A stretch of 64,000 nt of DNA from Thermoplasmata archaeon (GTDB lineage Archaea; Thermoplasmatota; Thermoplasmata; Lutacidiplasmatales; UBA184). The notes under the pieces are model-generated. The model saw only the letters and a program-made list of their open reading frames with translations, did not search any database and was not told the DNA's origin. The stretch covers positions 26,352 through 90,351 of the forward strand of contig JAGWLG010000010.1 in assembly GCA_028864975.1 (NCBI GenBank), in the 5' to 3' direction. A program made the position numbers and the translations under genes. Shown in pieces: positions 54,293 to 63,700 of the stretch. Numbering within the stretch: position 1 is the first letter of the stretch; the number at the start of each line of letters is the position of its first letter.

Positions 54293-56285
54293 CGTAGTCC
54301 ACCTCCTCTTCTCCTTCGGCGGGCGTCGGTCGGGCCGCGGCGATCTGCGCGTCCTCGGCGGCCTCGACCAGCGCGGCCGGGAGCCTCACGTCCCAGTCAC
54401 CCGGCAGCGGGTCGGCCCCCAGTAGGTGCGCCTCATCGACCCCTGCGACGTAGATATCGACGTCGTCGGGCTCGAGCTCCTCGCCCGTGGGCCACGTGAG
54501 GGTGTAGGTCGCCTTGGCGTTGGGCGCGAGCTTCAGGAGCGGGAAGGTGACGCGTCCCAGATCGGGGCTCACGGTCTCGGGCTTCGGTTCGCTCGTGAAG
54601 CCTTCCTTCGTCGCCTCGAGCGGGAGCTCCAGGAAGAGCTCGATCGGTCGATTACGGGCCGTGTAGTTCGTCAGGATGATGGTGGTCTTGGGGGAAGCCT
54701 TGGTGGGGTCCTCCCCCGTTCCCTTTACCTCGACGGCCACGACGTCCATGATCCGCGTGATCACCCGGGTAAGGTCCGGGACCGGCTTCTGTACGATCCC
54801 GCTCGCCTTCTCCGCCATCTTGGGGAGGATCTTCTGGATGATCGTGAACTTCTCCATGGCCTGGTCGCGCCGCGTGCGGCGTGAGAGGTGGAGCTTCATG
54901 TTCCGGGCGGCGGCCTGGACCGCGAGTTCGATCTCCCGCGTGAGGTCCTCGGTCTGGGCGACGGCCTCCTTTGCCTCGGAGGTGAACGGCACCTTGGTGG
55001 AGGCCACGTGGACGAGGAGGATCACCGGGCCCACGGGAAGGGCGCCGGACTTCTGTTCGAGCCCATAGCGGTGCCAGTCCATCTCGGCCACGGTCTGGGT
55101 GATCGCGCATGCGCCCTGCTGGAACAGCAGGGGGACACGGTTCGCGAAGCGCAGGAGCTGGATCGGCTGGTCCGAGGGGAGCTCACCGCCGTAGACCAGC
55201 CCCACCTCCACGACGAACGGGCAGCCAGCGTGGACCTTGGGAGGTCGGCTCACCGGGGGAGAATAGAACTCCGGGCGCACCGCGCCCAAGACGTTCTTGA
55301 GCCCCCGCTTGATGAGCATCGGCCCGATGGGAGAGAGGCACTCCGCCGAGGGGGTGGCCATCGGGGTCTCCTTGAGCGCAGCAAGGAGCTTCTCCGATCG
55401 TTCGCCGGTGAAGGAGGCGGGCACTTCTCGGCCCGAGAACCCTCCCTTTTCGAGGACCTCGCTGACCGCCCTCCGGCCGATGCCGGAAAGGTCGTTGGTC
55501 AGGAACTGCTGGAGGTTCTTGGCGGAGCTGCGCCGGAGCATCTGGTCGAGCTCCCCCAGCTCGAGACCGTGAGGGTGGGGCGGGATCTCCTTGGCGAGCG
55601 GCGGGAGGTCCGGGGAAGCCCGCTCCCAGGTGGTCCTCGTCCCGTCCGGCTCGACGAAGACGATCCGGGCGTGGGGGTTGACGATCGCGGTCCCCTTGAG
55701 ATACTCGAACGGGGACTGACGTCCCCGTTGGTAGCGCGCCTTGAGGACGAGCTCCACCCGGGTGCCGTGCGGTCGGTCCCAGGCCTGGACGTCCTCCTTG
55801 ACGACCCGGGCCTGGTTCTTCTGCGTGTCCAGCAGGAGGTCGACGACGTTCGCGGCGGGGTCCTCCTCGACCTTCGAGACGATATGGGTAGGCGTGGCGG
55901 TCGTCAGTCCCGCGTAGAGCACGGCCGCGGAGATCCCGATGCCTTGCTGGCCCCGCGCCTGGCGGTTGGAGTAGAAGCGGGACCCGTAGAGGAGGCGCCC
56001 GAAGACGTTCGGGATCTGCTTGCGGAGGATCCCCGGGCCGTTGTCCTCGACGACGACCTTCAGCCGTTCCTCGGTGACCTTGGAGATCTCGACGAGCACC
56101 TCAGGGAGGACGCGGCCCTCCTCGGCGGCGTCGATGGAATTGTCGCAGGCCTCCTTGACCGTCGTCAGCAGAGCTCGGGAGGGATTGTCGAACCCGAGGA
56201 TCTGGCGGTTCCTCTCGAAGAACTCCCCGATGGAGATGGCCTTCTGCTTGGAGGCGAGCTCCTCGGCCAGGCTCTTGGGAGGCAC
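54252..56285 (-). CDS. top6B: DNA topoisomerase VI subunit B with C-terminal extension
   Basis: [64 protein letters not shown]. Confidence 0.97.
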   Translation of the reverse strand: MPPKSLAEELASKQKAISIGEFFERNRQILGFDNPSRALLTTVKEACDNSIDAAEEGRVLPEVLVEISKVTEERLKVVVEDNGPGILRKQIPNVFGRLLYGSRFYSNRQARGQQGIGISAAVLYAGLTTATPTHIVSKVEEDPAANVVDLLLDTQKNQARVVKEDVQAWDRPHGTRVELVLKARYQRGRQSPFEYLKGTAIVNPHARIVFVEPDGTRTTWERASPDLPPLAKEIPPHPHGLELGELDQMLRRSSAKNLQQFLTNDLSGIGRRAVSEVLEKGGFSGREVPASFTGERSEKLLAALKETPMATPSAECLSPIGPMLIKRGLKNVLGAVRPEFYSPPVSRPPKVHAGCPFVVEVGLVYGGELPSDQPIQLLRFANRVPLLFQQGACAITQTVAEMDWHRYGLEQKSGALPVGPVILLVHVASTKVPFTSEAKEAVAQTEDLTREIELAVQAAARNMKLHLSRRTRRDQAMEKFTIIQKILPKMAEKASGIVQKPVPDLTRVITRIMDVVAVEVKGTGEDPTKASPKTTIILTNYTARNRPIELFLELPLEATKEGFTSEPKPETVSPDLGRVTFPLLKLAPNAKATYTLTWPTGEELEPDDVDIYVAGVDEAHLLGADPLPGDWDVRLPAALVEAAEDAQIAAARPTPAEGEEEVDYDAAEGKESVSDEE

Positions 56286-56395
56286 GGAGCGCGCGATTTC
56301 GCTGGAGGTAAAAAGCGCGCTCCCTCGAGGGGGCCGGCGCCTCGCGTTGCCAAGCTGAGGGACTTACCCCTCGGTCAGGGGGCCCCAGTACGGAA

Positions 56396-56423
56396 TACTC
56401 AAGTACCTGAGTAATTTTACTCA
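56396..56423. repeat. Three TACTCA/TGAGTA hexamers in alternating orientation before the ATPase gene
   Basis: TACTCA-agtacc-TGAGTA-attt-TACTCA in an AT-rich patch ending 2 nt before ATG 56426. Confidence 0.55.
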
Positions 56424-56425
56424 AT

Positions 56426-57661
56426 ATGATGAATGAATTCGGACTTGGCACCCTCCCACGGTTCCGTCGCTCCCAGTTCGACGAGCTCGTCAAACGCCTG
56501 AAGGAGCCTCGGAGGTTCATCCAGGTCCTCTCGGGCCCCCGTCAGGCGGGAAAGACGACGCTCGCGCGACAAGCCTTGGAGGCTTGCGACCTCCCGCATC
56601 ACTACGCCAGCGCGGATGAGTCCGGACTTCGCAGACTGCCATGGGTCCGAGAGGAGTGGGAGGTGGCCCGAAAGCTCTCGCACTCCGCCGGCCCTCGAGG
56701 CAGTGTGCTGGTCCTGGACGAGGTCCAGAAGGTCCCGGGCTGGTCGGAGATCGTCAAGGCCCTCTGGGACCAGGACACCCGAACCGGCACTTGCCTTCAC
56801 GTCGTGGTCCTCGGGTCCGCCCCCTTGCTCGTGCAACGCGGCCTCACCGAGAGCCTGGCCGGGCGGTTCGAGGTCCTCCGTCTCCCTCATTGGTCCTTCC
56901 CAGAGATGGAGAACGCGTTCGGGTGGGACGTCGACCGCTACCTGTTCTTCGGCGGGTACCCCGGGGCTGCGCCGCTCATCGGCGACCCTCCCCGATGGGC
57001 GCGCTACATCCTCGACGACCTGGTCGAGACGACCCTGTCCCGCGATGTTCTCCTGCTGAACCGCATCGACAAGCCCGCCCTGCTCCGGCAGCTCTTCCAG
57101 CTCGGAAGCGAATGTTCCGGTCAGATCGTCTCCTACCAGAAGCTCCTCGGGCAGCTCCAGGACGCCGGGAATACCACGACCCTGGCCCACTACCTCGAGC
57201 TCCTTGCCGCGGCGGGACTCCTTCTCGGGATGCAGAAGTACTCGGGGTCGCGGGTCCGGACGCGGGGCTCGATCCCGAAGCTGCTGGTCCTCAACACCGC
57301 GCTTTTGACGGCGCCCTCCGGCCGCTCCCTGAGGGAGGGGAGGTCGGACCCGGAGTTCTGGGGTCGACTGGTCGAGACCGCCGTCGGGTCTCACTTGGTC
57401 AACTCGGCCACCGTGGGCGGAAGGGTCGAGGTCACGTACTGGAGAGAGGGCGGGCGGGAGGTGGACTATGTCCTTCGGGGCACCCGGACGACACTGGGGA
57501 TCGAAGTGAAGAGCGGCCGCCCCCGCGGTCCTCCAACGGGGCTCGACGCGTTCGTCCGGTCGTTTCCGCGATCCCGCGTGACCCTGGTCGGGGAGGGAGG
57601 GGTCTCTCTGGCGGATGCCCTTAGGACCCCGGCCGCCGACTGGCTGCAGGAGTCGAGATGA
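56426..57661 (+). CDS. AAA_14 ATPase with DUF4143 (C-terminal PD-(D/E)xK-like) domain
   Basis: GPRQAGKTTL, LVLDEVQK, VLGSAPL, ESLAGRF, FGGYPG, PKLLVLNTAL, LVETAV, YWR...EVDYV...IEVKSG. Confidence 0.9.
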   Translation: MMNEFGLGTLPRFRRSQFDELVKRLKEPRRFIQVLSGPRQAGKTTLARQALEACDLPHHYASADESGLRRLPWVREEWEVARKLSHSAGPRGSVLVLDEVQKVPGWSEIVKALWDQDTRTGTCLHVVVLGSAPLLVQRGLTESLAGRFEVLRLPHWSFPEMENAFGWDVDRYLFFGGYPGAAPLIGDPPRWARYILDDLVETTLSRDVLLLNRIDKPALLRQLFQLGSECSGQIVSYQKLLGQLQDAGNTTTLAHYLELLAAAGLLLGMQKYSGSRVRTRGSIPKLLVLNTALLTAPSGRSLREGRSDPEFWGRLVETAVGSHLVNSATVGGRVEVTYWREGGREVDYVLRGTRTTLGIEVKSGRPRGPPTGLDAFVRSFPRSRVTLVGEGGVSLADALRTPAADWLQESR

Positions 57662-58419
57662 AGGGGGCCCCGCCCACCATCGGGGTGGACGACCGAAGGC
57701 GCCTGGAGGGAGAGAAGTCGCGCCTCCGTAGGGAGGTCTGGGACTCGCTCCAAGCGAAGGGGGTCGCCCGTTTCCCATTCCCTCCGCACGACCGCATTCC
57801 GAACTTCGAGGGGTCGAAGGAGGCCGCGGAGCGGCTCGCGGCCGCACCTGAGTTCCAGAGGGCCCGTGTGGTCAAGTCGAACCCTGATGCTCCCCAGCTC
57901 CCGTTCCGGACCTTGGTGCTCCGGGAAGGGAAGTCGCTCGTGATGGCGGTCCCCCGCCTCAGGGAACCCGCGTGCTTCCGGATCTTCCCGGAGGGGACCC
58001 ACGTGGTCCCCACCATCGAAGTGGCGATGCGCCAGGGACGGCCCCTTGTTCCCGAGGAAGTTCCCCACGTCGACCTGGTCATGGCCGGAAGTGTGGCGGT
58101 CGGCCCACGTGGCGAGCGGGTGGGGAAGGGCGGGGGATTCTCCGACCTCGAGTGGGGGCTGCTCTCTGCCGTGGACAAGGTCGATGCCTCCACGGTCGTC
58201 GCGACCACGGTCCACGACCTCCAGCTTCGCACTTCGATGCTCCCCGTCCTCCCCCACGACGTCCCGTTGGATCTAGCGTCGACCCCTTCGCGGCTGCTGC
58301 GCCCACCGAAGTCTCTCGGACGTCCGAGGGGGATCCTCTCGGAGGAGCTCACCGATGCCACTCGCGCGCAGGTGGACTGGCTCCCCCGATGGATGGCTGC
58401 CCAGACGCGCAAGCGCTGA
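57658..58419 (+). CDS. 5-formyltetrahydrofolate cyclo-ligase-like protein (COG0212)
   Basis: RIPNFEG, VKSNPDAPQ, VPRL, DLVMAGSVAV...GERVGKGGGFSDLEW, TTVHDLQ, HDVPLD. Confidence 0.85.
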   Translation: MKGAPPTIGVDDRRRLEGEKSRLRREVWDSLQAKGVARFPFPPHDRIPNFEGSKEAAERLAAAPEFQRARVVKSNPDAPQLPFRTLVLREGKSLVMAVPRLREPACFRIFPEGTHVVPTIEVAMRQGRPLVPEEVPHVDLVMAGSVAVGPRGERVGKGGGFSDLEWGLLSAVDKVDASTVVATTVHDLQLRTSMLPVLPHDVPLDLASTPSRLLRPPKSLGRPRGILSEELTDATRAQVDWLPRWMAAQTRKR

Positions 58420-58569
58420 GCGCGCACGGGCTCAAGCGTCGTGACGTCGCCCGCGGCGAAGCTTCCCGCGTCCTGCTTCCTCGGTGCGCCAACGCGGAAC
58501 CTCTCCCGAAATGGCTCGTTCGCAGGGAGGGGCGGCTTCTGGTTCGGGGAGCCAGCCTCCTCTACACGA

Positions 58570-60726
58570 CTACGTTGGGGGAGGCGCAGGAGGTGTGCCC
58601 CCCGCGGGAGGGGGTGCCGGCGGCGTGGCGGGAGCCGCGGGAGAGCTCGAAGAAGGGACCGTGGGGTGACGCGTCCGCATGATGCGGAACCCCAGGTAGG
58701 ATGCGACCGACGCGACCGCCACGACGGCGATAACGATCGGGATCCACGGAGGGATACCCCCCTGGCCCGCGGGTTGGGGCGCGGCGTGGCCCGGATTCAC
58801 GACCTGGACGGTGTACACCGTGTGTTCCATCCAGCCGTACTGGCTCGCGTTCACGTAGAGATGGACCGTCCCCGCGGTGCTGAGCGCGGTGAGGTTCACC
58901 TGGTAGCCCGAGGTCGAGTTCAGGGTCGCCAGGGTCGAGGGGACCATCGCCCAGGAGATGTGGACCCCCTCACCGGCGTACAGCGGCTGGCCGTTCTCGT
59001 CGGAGGCCTGGGCGGAGAGAAGGATGCTGTTGTTGAAGTCGACGCTGGTGGACGGGGTCGCCCGGACCGCGAGCGCATTGAGGGTCGAGTTCGTGCACAG
59101 CGCCTGGGCGGTGTAGAAGGTCGTCCACCCGGAGGCCCCCCCGCCCGGCTGGTTCAGGAACATCGTGTCGACGTACTGCCCCTGCGCCGCCACCTCGAGG
59201 AAGTTGGGAACCTGGTTCGAGACGTTCACGGGCCCGATCGTCTGGTAGGTCCATGCGCTGTTGTTGTAGGTGACCACGGTCGGTTGCGCCGAGCTCGCCG
59301 AGGGGTCGGCCAGGGCCTCGTCCCCAAGGGTCACGCCGCACGCCCCGAAGGTCGCGCCCATGGTATCGTAGACGGCGCTCCCGGGGTTGATCTCGTTGAC
59401 GGTCGTGTTCTGCCAGCTCGGGGCCGACCCCCAGATGACGTTGAGCCCCATGTAGCCGTTCCCGCCCTGGCTCGCCGACTTCGACGAGGCGTTCTGGACC
59501 CCGAGGAAGGTCGTGCCGGCTCCGAGCAGGACCCCCGCGATCCCGCCTCCAACGGTGGGGGTCGTGTACACCGATTCGTAGGTGGCTTCGAGGTCGGGGA
59601 CGACCCCGCCGGAGCTCGAGGCCCAGGTCGTATTGCCGTCCGCGAGCACCGTGCCCTCGTACTGCGCGATGTCCTTCTGGGGCAGACCACCGGGGGTCGT
59701 GTCCACCCGGACATAGACGACGTCCACCTTCGACGACCCGGACAGGATCAGGGGTTGCCAGGCGTTGACCGCAGGGGCGTTCGGAGCTTCCCCACAGCAG
59801 TAGTCGTACGCGTCCGGTACTGACTCCTGCCAGGGCGAGGAGGTGGAGCCTCCCGGCGTCGTCGGAAGGGCCGAGAGCGGGATGCCCACGACCCAGACCA
59901 CCGAGGCGGCGGAGTTCCCTCCGGTCCCGGACACCCAGAGCGGCGGCATCCCCTGGAACGCGATGAGGAGCGTGGCGTTGTTGAACACGGTCTCCGTGAC
60001 CATCGAGGGGGAGATGCAGCAGCCTCCGGGGGTGTGGAATCCCGGTGGCTCGGCGACCACGTTCACCCAAGGCCCGCTCAGGTCACCGCTGGGGTCGTAG
60101 GTCACGGCCACGCCGTTCGAGAGGTCGTTCCACGCCGAGCTGTCGCCCGTCAAGAGATAGGCGATGAAGGAGACGATCTTGCCATTCCAGCTTGCGGTGG
60201 CGACCCAGCATCCCGGGCCGTCGCCGCTGGTCCCCGCCGTCAAGGGGGTGCCCAGCTGCGTCGCCTGCCAAGCTCCGCTCTGATTGCTGAGGAGGTAGAG
60301 GTTGCCCCCGGCTCCGTTGGAGTAGTTCGTGTAACAAGTGTAGGCTGTCTTGCCCTGGGTCTCGAGGTTCCCCATCGTGTCGCGATAGCCGTTGCCCAAG
60401 CCTAGGACGGCCTGCGAGCTGCCCAGCCAACGAAGGTGCCAAGGTAGGGGGGCCGCGCTCGGGGAGACGGTCGAGCTCGAGCGCACCACGAGGGTGGTCG
60501 GGCCCGCCCCGCGGGCGTGGAGCGGAAGCCCCGACACGAGCGCAGCTCCCGTGGCGGTCACGGCGAGCAGCGCGACCAGCACCGCCGCGCACGCCAGGGA
60601 GGACACAGGGAGGTCCGCCGTTGGGCAGGACGCTGCGGCTCGGGAGGCGGCCCTAGCGCACAGGGAGGATCGGTGGTCGGAGAGGTCGCTTCTCAGGGCG
60701 GCAGTGGTCGTGCTCTTGGTGTTCAT
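58570..60726 (-). CDS. Large type-I surface protein with unrecognised Cys-containing beta-rich ectodomain
   Basis: Signal-like hydrophobic stretch, W/Y/N-rich ectodomain with two CC doublets, Ig-like unit, TM WIPIVIAVVAVASVASYLGF, Pro-rich tail. Confidence 0.8.
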   Translation of the reverse strand: MNTKSTTTAALRSDLSDHRSSLCARAASRAAASCPTADLPVSSLACAAVLVALLAVTATGAALVSGLPLHARGAGPTTLVVRSSSTVSPSAAPLPWHLRWLGSSQAVLGLGNGYRDTMGNLETQGKTAYTCYTNYSNGAGGNLYLLSNQSGAWQATQLGTPLTAGTSGDGPGCWVATASWNGKIVSFIAYLLTGDSSAWNDLSNGVAVTYDPSGDLSGPWVNVVAEPPGFHTPGGCCISPSMVTETVFNNATLLIAFQGMPPLWVSGTGGNSAASVVWVVGIPLSALPTTPGGSTSSPWQESVPDAYDYCCGEAPNAPAVNAWQPLILSGSSKVDVVYVRVDTTPGGLPQKDIAQYEGTVLADGNTTWASSSGGVVPDLEATYESVYTTPTVGGGIAGVLLGAGTTFLGVQNASSKSASQGGNGYMGLNVIWGSAPSWQNTTVNEINPGSAVYDTMGATFGACGVTLGDEALADPSASSAQPTVVTYNNSAWTYQTIGPVNVSNQVPNFLEVAAQGQYVDTMFLNQPGGGASGWTTFYTAQALCTNSTLNALAVRATPSTSVDFNNSILLSAQASDENGQPLYAGEGVHISWAMVPSTLATLNSTSGYQVNLTALSTAGTVHLYVNASQYGWMEHTVYTVQVVNPGHAAPQPAGQGGIPPWIPIVIAVVAVASVASYLGFRIMRTRHPTVPSSSSPAAPATPPAPPPAGGTPPAPPPT

Positions 60727-60745
60727 GCTCGGCTCCTCCCAGGGT

Positions 60746-63700
60746 TCATCCGGGTCCCGTGGGCGGGGGAGGGACCGAGGGAGGATAGGAAGCGGGCAGG
60801 GGCGGCGCCGCCGGAGGATAGGAAACCGGTGGAGCTGACGGAGGCGGAGGCGGCGGGCTCGGAGTCGGGGGGGCGGGCGGTGCGGGCACGGAGGGCGCCG
60901 CCGGTGCTGCGGGGGTCGACGGAGCGGGGGGCGCCAGGAAGGAGGTGGGTGGCGTACGACGCTTCCGCAGGACGAGGGCCTCGACGACCACCAGCGCGAT
61001 GAGCGTACCCAGGACCCCGACGAGAGCGTAGCCTTCGAGCGCAGGCAGGCCCAGGAACTCGGCGGGCGGGGTCGAGGTCGAAGTGCTTGCGGAGACGGTC
61101 ACGGTCGCGGTGCCTTGGGCCGACGAGGAACCGAGCGAAGCGGTGACCGTGATGGTCACCGTCTCGGCGGTGCTTCCGGCGGTGTAGGTCGTGGTCGTCC
61201 CGGTCGTCATGGAGAAGCTCCCGTCGCTCGGGGACGCCGACCAGCTGTAGGTGATTCCGGTGGAGGGGCAGGGGCTCGGCGCGCACGTGGGGCTCGCCAC
61301 GAGGCTCGTGCTCCCTCCCGTCGAAACGCCCGTCGAGGACGGCGTGACCGCGACGGAACTGACCGTGGGAGCAGAGGAACCTGCCGAGACCGTGATCGTG
61401 ACACTGTTCGAGTGCGAGGAGGTCCCCAGGGTCGCGGTCACGGACACCACGTCCGTCCCTGCGGAGGGGCCCGCGGTGAAGGTCACGGGGGTTCCGCTGG
61501 CAGGCGTAAGTGACCCCACGGAGTTGCTCGCTGACCACGCGTAGGTTACGCCGGAGAGGCAGGGGGAGGGAGTGCAGGTGGGGGAGGCCGACAGGCTCTC
61601 GGAGCCACCGGTGGTGAGCTGGGGGTTGGGCGCGGTGATCGAGACGCCGGTCAGCGTAGGTGAGCTCACTGGCACAAGAGTGAGCTTGACGGCGGCGCTC
61701 TGCACCCGGACGCCGTTGAGCGTCCCATTCGCGAAGAGGGTGTCGGTCCCCGCGACGGTGCCCGCGTGGAACGTCACGGTCGCCCCCGTCGTGGGAACGA
61801 GGGAACCCAGCGTGTTCGTCGCGTTCCAGGTGTAGGTGGTGCCGACGGGGCACGGCCCTCCCGTGCATGTCGGGCTCGCGGCGAAGGCCTGGGAGGTTCC
61901 GACGGTCACCGTCGCGGTCGCCGGATTGACGAGGACCGTGGCGAGCGTCGGGACGATCTGGACCGTGACCCCAGAGCTCTGGACGGTCTTGCCGTTGAGC
62001 GTTGCGTTCACGAAGAGGGTGTCCACGCCCGCGCCGGAGCCCGCGGTGAAGGTCACGCTGCTCCCGGTCGTCGCGGAGAGGTTTCCCTTGGCGTTCGTCT
62101 TCGACCAGGCGAAGGTCGTGCCCGGAGGGCAGGGCCCGGTGGAGCACGTCGCGCTCGCGCTGAAGGTCGCCGTGCCGCCGGGAGCGACGGTTGCGGAAGG
62201 CGGGGCCACCGCGACCGAGGTCAAGAGCGGACCGTTCGGGGAGATGATGGAGAGCGTTCCGCCCGGCAGGTTGGAGGCATAGACGAGGTCGTTCGTCGGG
62301 TCGAACCCGAAGCCGTTCTGCCACATGCCCAGAGGGAAGCTCCCAACGATGGCGGAGGTGGCGGTGTTGATCACCGTCGCTTTGGCCTGGGGGTACAGGG
62401 GGGCGGACGCGACGTAGAGGAGTTGGTCGTTCGTGTCGATCACGCCTCCGAAGAGGAGCTGCCCCACTGCGATCGAGCCGGTCGAGCGCTGGGTCGTGGC
62501 ATCGATGACCGAGACATTTCCGCTGTTCGAGTTCAGGACGTAAACCACGTTGGTCGCGTTGTCGTAGAGGACCCCCTGGGGGTACGTGCCCACGGCGACG
62601 GCCCCCACGCTCTTCCCGGTGGCCGCCGAGACGATCGAGACGTTGCCGGCAGCGGGGTTGGCAAGATAGAGGTCCTGGTTCGAACCATCGTAGGCGATGG
62701 CATAGGGACGAGGTCCTGACGACCCGCCTCCAGCGTAAAGAACAGAACCGATGATTGTGTTCGAGGAGGTCGAGACCTCCAGGTACCCCGGATAGAACTG
62801 ACCGATGACGTCGACCTGGCTTCGACCCGTGTCCAGGGCCAGACCGATGGGGTTCACTCCGGGTCCCCAGGGGATCTGGAGGTTGGCGACCGCGGCCCCG
62901 GTCGCCGCATCGATGACGGTGAGATTGTCGCTCCACTCGTTCGCCACGTAGATCTCGCCGTTGGTCGCGTCGTAGAGGATCGCGTCCGGCGCGATCCCGG
63001 CGGGCAACCATCCGACGACGTGGTCGTTCGCCGTCGAGAAGATGGTGACATTGCCTCCGCCCTCGTTCACGACGTAGAGGTCCCCGCTGGTGGGGTCGAG
63101 CGCCATGGACAGGGGACCGGTGCCCATCGGTACCGACCCTTGCACGGCCACCGGGAGCGCGGGTGAAATCGACGCGAGCTGGTCAGTGGACCAACCGGTC
63201 AGAAAGACCGTGCCCGAGCTCGGGTCGACCGCGAGGACAGGGGAATCCTCCTGGTTCGTGAGGGGTGGAACGACCGTGGGACCGATGGACAAGGTCCCGG
63301 CGACCGTGTTCGAAGCCCCGTCGATGACCTCGAGGTTCGTCCCCCCGTAGTTCAGGGCGGTCCCCCACCCCGTCACGTAGAGGTCGCCGTTGAACGCATC
63401 GAAGACGACGTCGGTGGGAGCCCAACCGCCCGTCACCGTGGTCACGACGCTCTGGGTCGAGGGGTCGACCACCGCCACACTGTTGGTCTGCCCATCTGCG
63501 ACGTAGAGGTCGCCGTTGGCACTATCGAACGCGATCGACGAGGGTTGCGCCCCCGTGGGCAGGGTGACCGAGGCGACCGATGCCTGCGTGGCCGCATCGA
63601 AGACCGTGAGGTTGAGGCTGTTCATGTTCGCGACGTACATGTCGCGGTTGACGGGGTCGTAGCCGATGGCATCCGGGGCCGACCCGGTGGGGACCCCGCC

